NCBI GenBank assembly: GCA_028293285.1
Contig: JAQGPC010000268.1
Span: forward strand, 4,024 to 68,023
DNA from: Pedosphaera sp.
Lineage (GTDB): Bacteria; Verrucomicrobiota; Verrucomicrobiia; Limisphaerales; Pedosphaeraceae
DNA: 64,000 nt
Direction: 5' to 3'
The notes beneath the pieces are model-generated. The model was given only the letters and a program-made list of their open reading frames with translations, had not been told where the DNA came from and did not search any database. This document shows, one piece after another, positions 63,078 through 64,000 of the stretch. A program made the translations under genes and the position numbers. Position 1 is the stretch's first letter. Each line of letters starts with the position of its first letter.

Positions 63078-63516
63078 TCGTCATCGGATGATCGAAGAAA
63101 ATGCTGCTGGCAATGCAGACCGGAACTGCAAAACATCAAGCCATGAGTTGTCGAAAGCTGAATTTCCAATTTACCACAGCCTTAGAAGCAGACCAATTCA
63201 GAGTTCCGGTTCGGTTTTGGCATGAAGTCCTGCCACCAGAAGGGTGATCATTGCCTAACTACCTGAATCGTGAGCAGGAAGCGGATGAGTTTTATTACGC
63301 AGGTCAAAGGGTCCACCCCATGGGGTAAAAACCTTATTCCTTATTTTCATCCTAAGCGGCAAGATCTGGATTCTTATCGTTTTATAACTTAAGTACTTGC
63401 TTAAGTACTAAACGTTGGAACATTAAAAGCTAAACCTTATAAACTTTCATCGTTTAGCGCGTATTGTAGACGAGGAAGTATAGAGGAATGGCTTTTATTA
63501 TAACTGAAAGACAAAA

Positions 63517-64000
63517 ATGAATTTTCCAAACAACCTCCTGCCTTTGGATTTGCAGAAGCCTATTACCGATGGGGCTCATGCTCCACACGCGCATTGCAAT
63601 GACATGGGCGAGTCCGAACATTTTGTTCAATTTTATGAGGATGACGCTTTTCTGGTAGAATCCGTGGGCGCATTTGTTGGCGCAGGATTGGGCGCGGGCA
63701 ACGGTGCCATCGTGATCGCCACTCCAGCGCATCGTGAAGCGTTGGAAGAACGGTTGGAAGCTCAGGGGCTTGATCTGGATGCCATAAAGAAACGCGGGCA
63801 ATATGTTCCCCTGGATGCGGCGGAGACTTTAGCGAAGTTCATGGTCAATGGCACGCCCGATGAAGATCTTTTCAATGAGGTTGTAGGAGGCTTGGTGACT
63901 GAAGTGGCCAAAGGACGACGCGGGCTGCGGGCGTTTGGCGAGATGGTCGCGCTGCTCTGGGCGGAAGGAAATGGTTCCGCAGCGATTCGACTGGAAGAGC
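63517..64000 (+). CDS. MEDS-domain protein (partial; runs off the window)
   Basis: Hand-translated from the ATG at 63517: 'MNFPNNLL...SEHFVQFYEDDAFLVESVGAFVGAGLGAGNGAIVIATPAHREALEERL...'. 'H.VQFYEDD' is the MEDS signature. It is not in the ORF track because there is no stop inside the window. Confidence 0.65.
   Translation, partial: MNFPNNLLPLDLQKPITDGAHAPHAHCNDMGESEHFVQFYEDDAFLVESVGAFVGAGLGAGNGAIVIATPAHREALEERLEAQGLDLDAIKKRGQYVPLDAAETLAKFMVNGTPDEDLFNEVVGGLVTEVAKGRRGLRAFGEMVALLWAEGNGSAAIRLEE

Overview
This 64-kb window comes from a bacterial chromosome of roughly 50-53% GC. Gene content, secreted proteins ending in 'FYRV/FFRL'-type C-terminal tails, and the repeat families suggest a Verrucomicrobiota/PVC-like organism; that is inference only.

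The window has three parts:

1. 1-18.7 kb is ordinary chromosomal content. It holds ackA-xfp (phosphoketolase pathway), a histidine phosphatase, a transglutaminase-like protein, a GH130-like/GT4 pair, Ku, a BNR/Asp-box protein, DUF72, a long SDR, a TlpA-TIGR03435-like fusion, DUF748 and an exported truncated haemoglobin.

2. 18.7-35.1 kb is a mosaic accessory region.
- It contains a DUF3570-ApbE-TlpA-DUF4266 cassette.
- It carries gene relics: a trHb 3' end, a lipoprotein 3' end, an IS110 transposase missing its 5' end, a RAYT C-terminus and a thiC 3' end.
- One intact IS200/RAYT-like Y1 transposase is flanked by inverted REP ends. There are also three ~105-bp REPIN-like doublets and one internally deleted copy of the same element.
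- Two orphan immunity-like genes (double-CXXC and SMI1/KNR4) sit between these elements.
- The most interesting feature is a compact, GC-richer (~63-65% on sampled lines) five-gene island at 31.09-34.67 kb. Its order is XRE-HTH, GNAT-like protein, ImmA/IrrE Zn-peptidase, Beta-family protein, then a convergent overlapping PD-(D/E)xK-like protein. I consider it a candidate uncharacterised defence/abortive-infection or toxin-type system related to, but larger than, gop-beta-cII-type modules.

3. 36-64 kb is housekeeping: rplU-rpmA-obg-ychF, two tandem alpha/beta hydrolases, nth, kamA-like, moaA, serA, a PpiC-type PPIase, a response regulator, a large hybrid histidine kinase, a KaiC-like ATPase, mlaEFD-like genes and a partial MEDS-domain gene.

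I found no rRNA, tRNA or CRISPR array. All family assignments come from motif recognition by eye and need HMM or BLAST confirmation.
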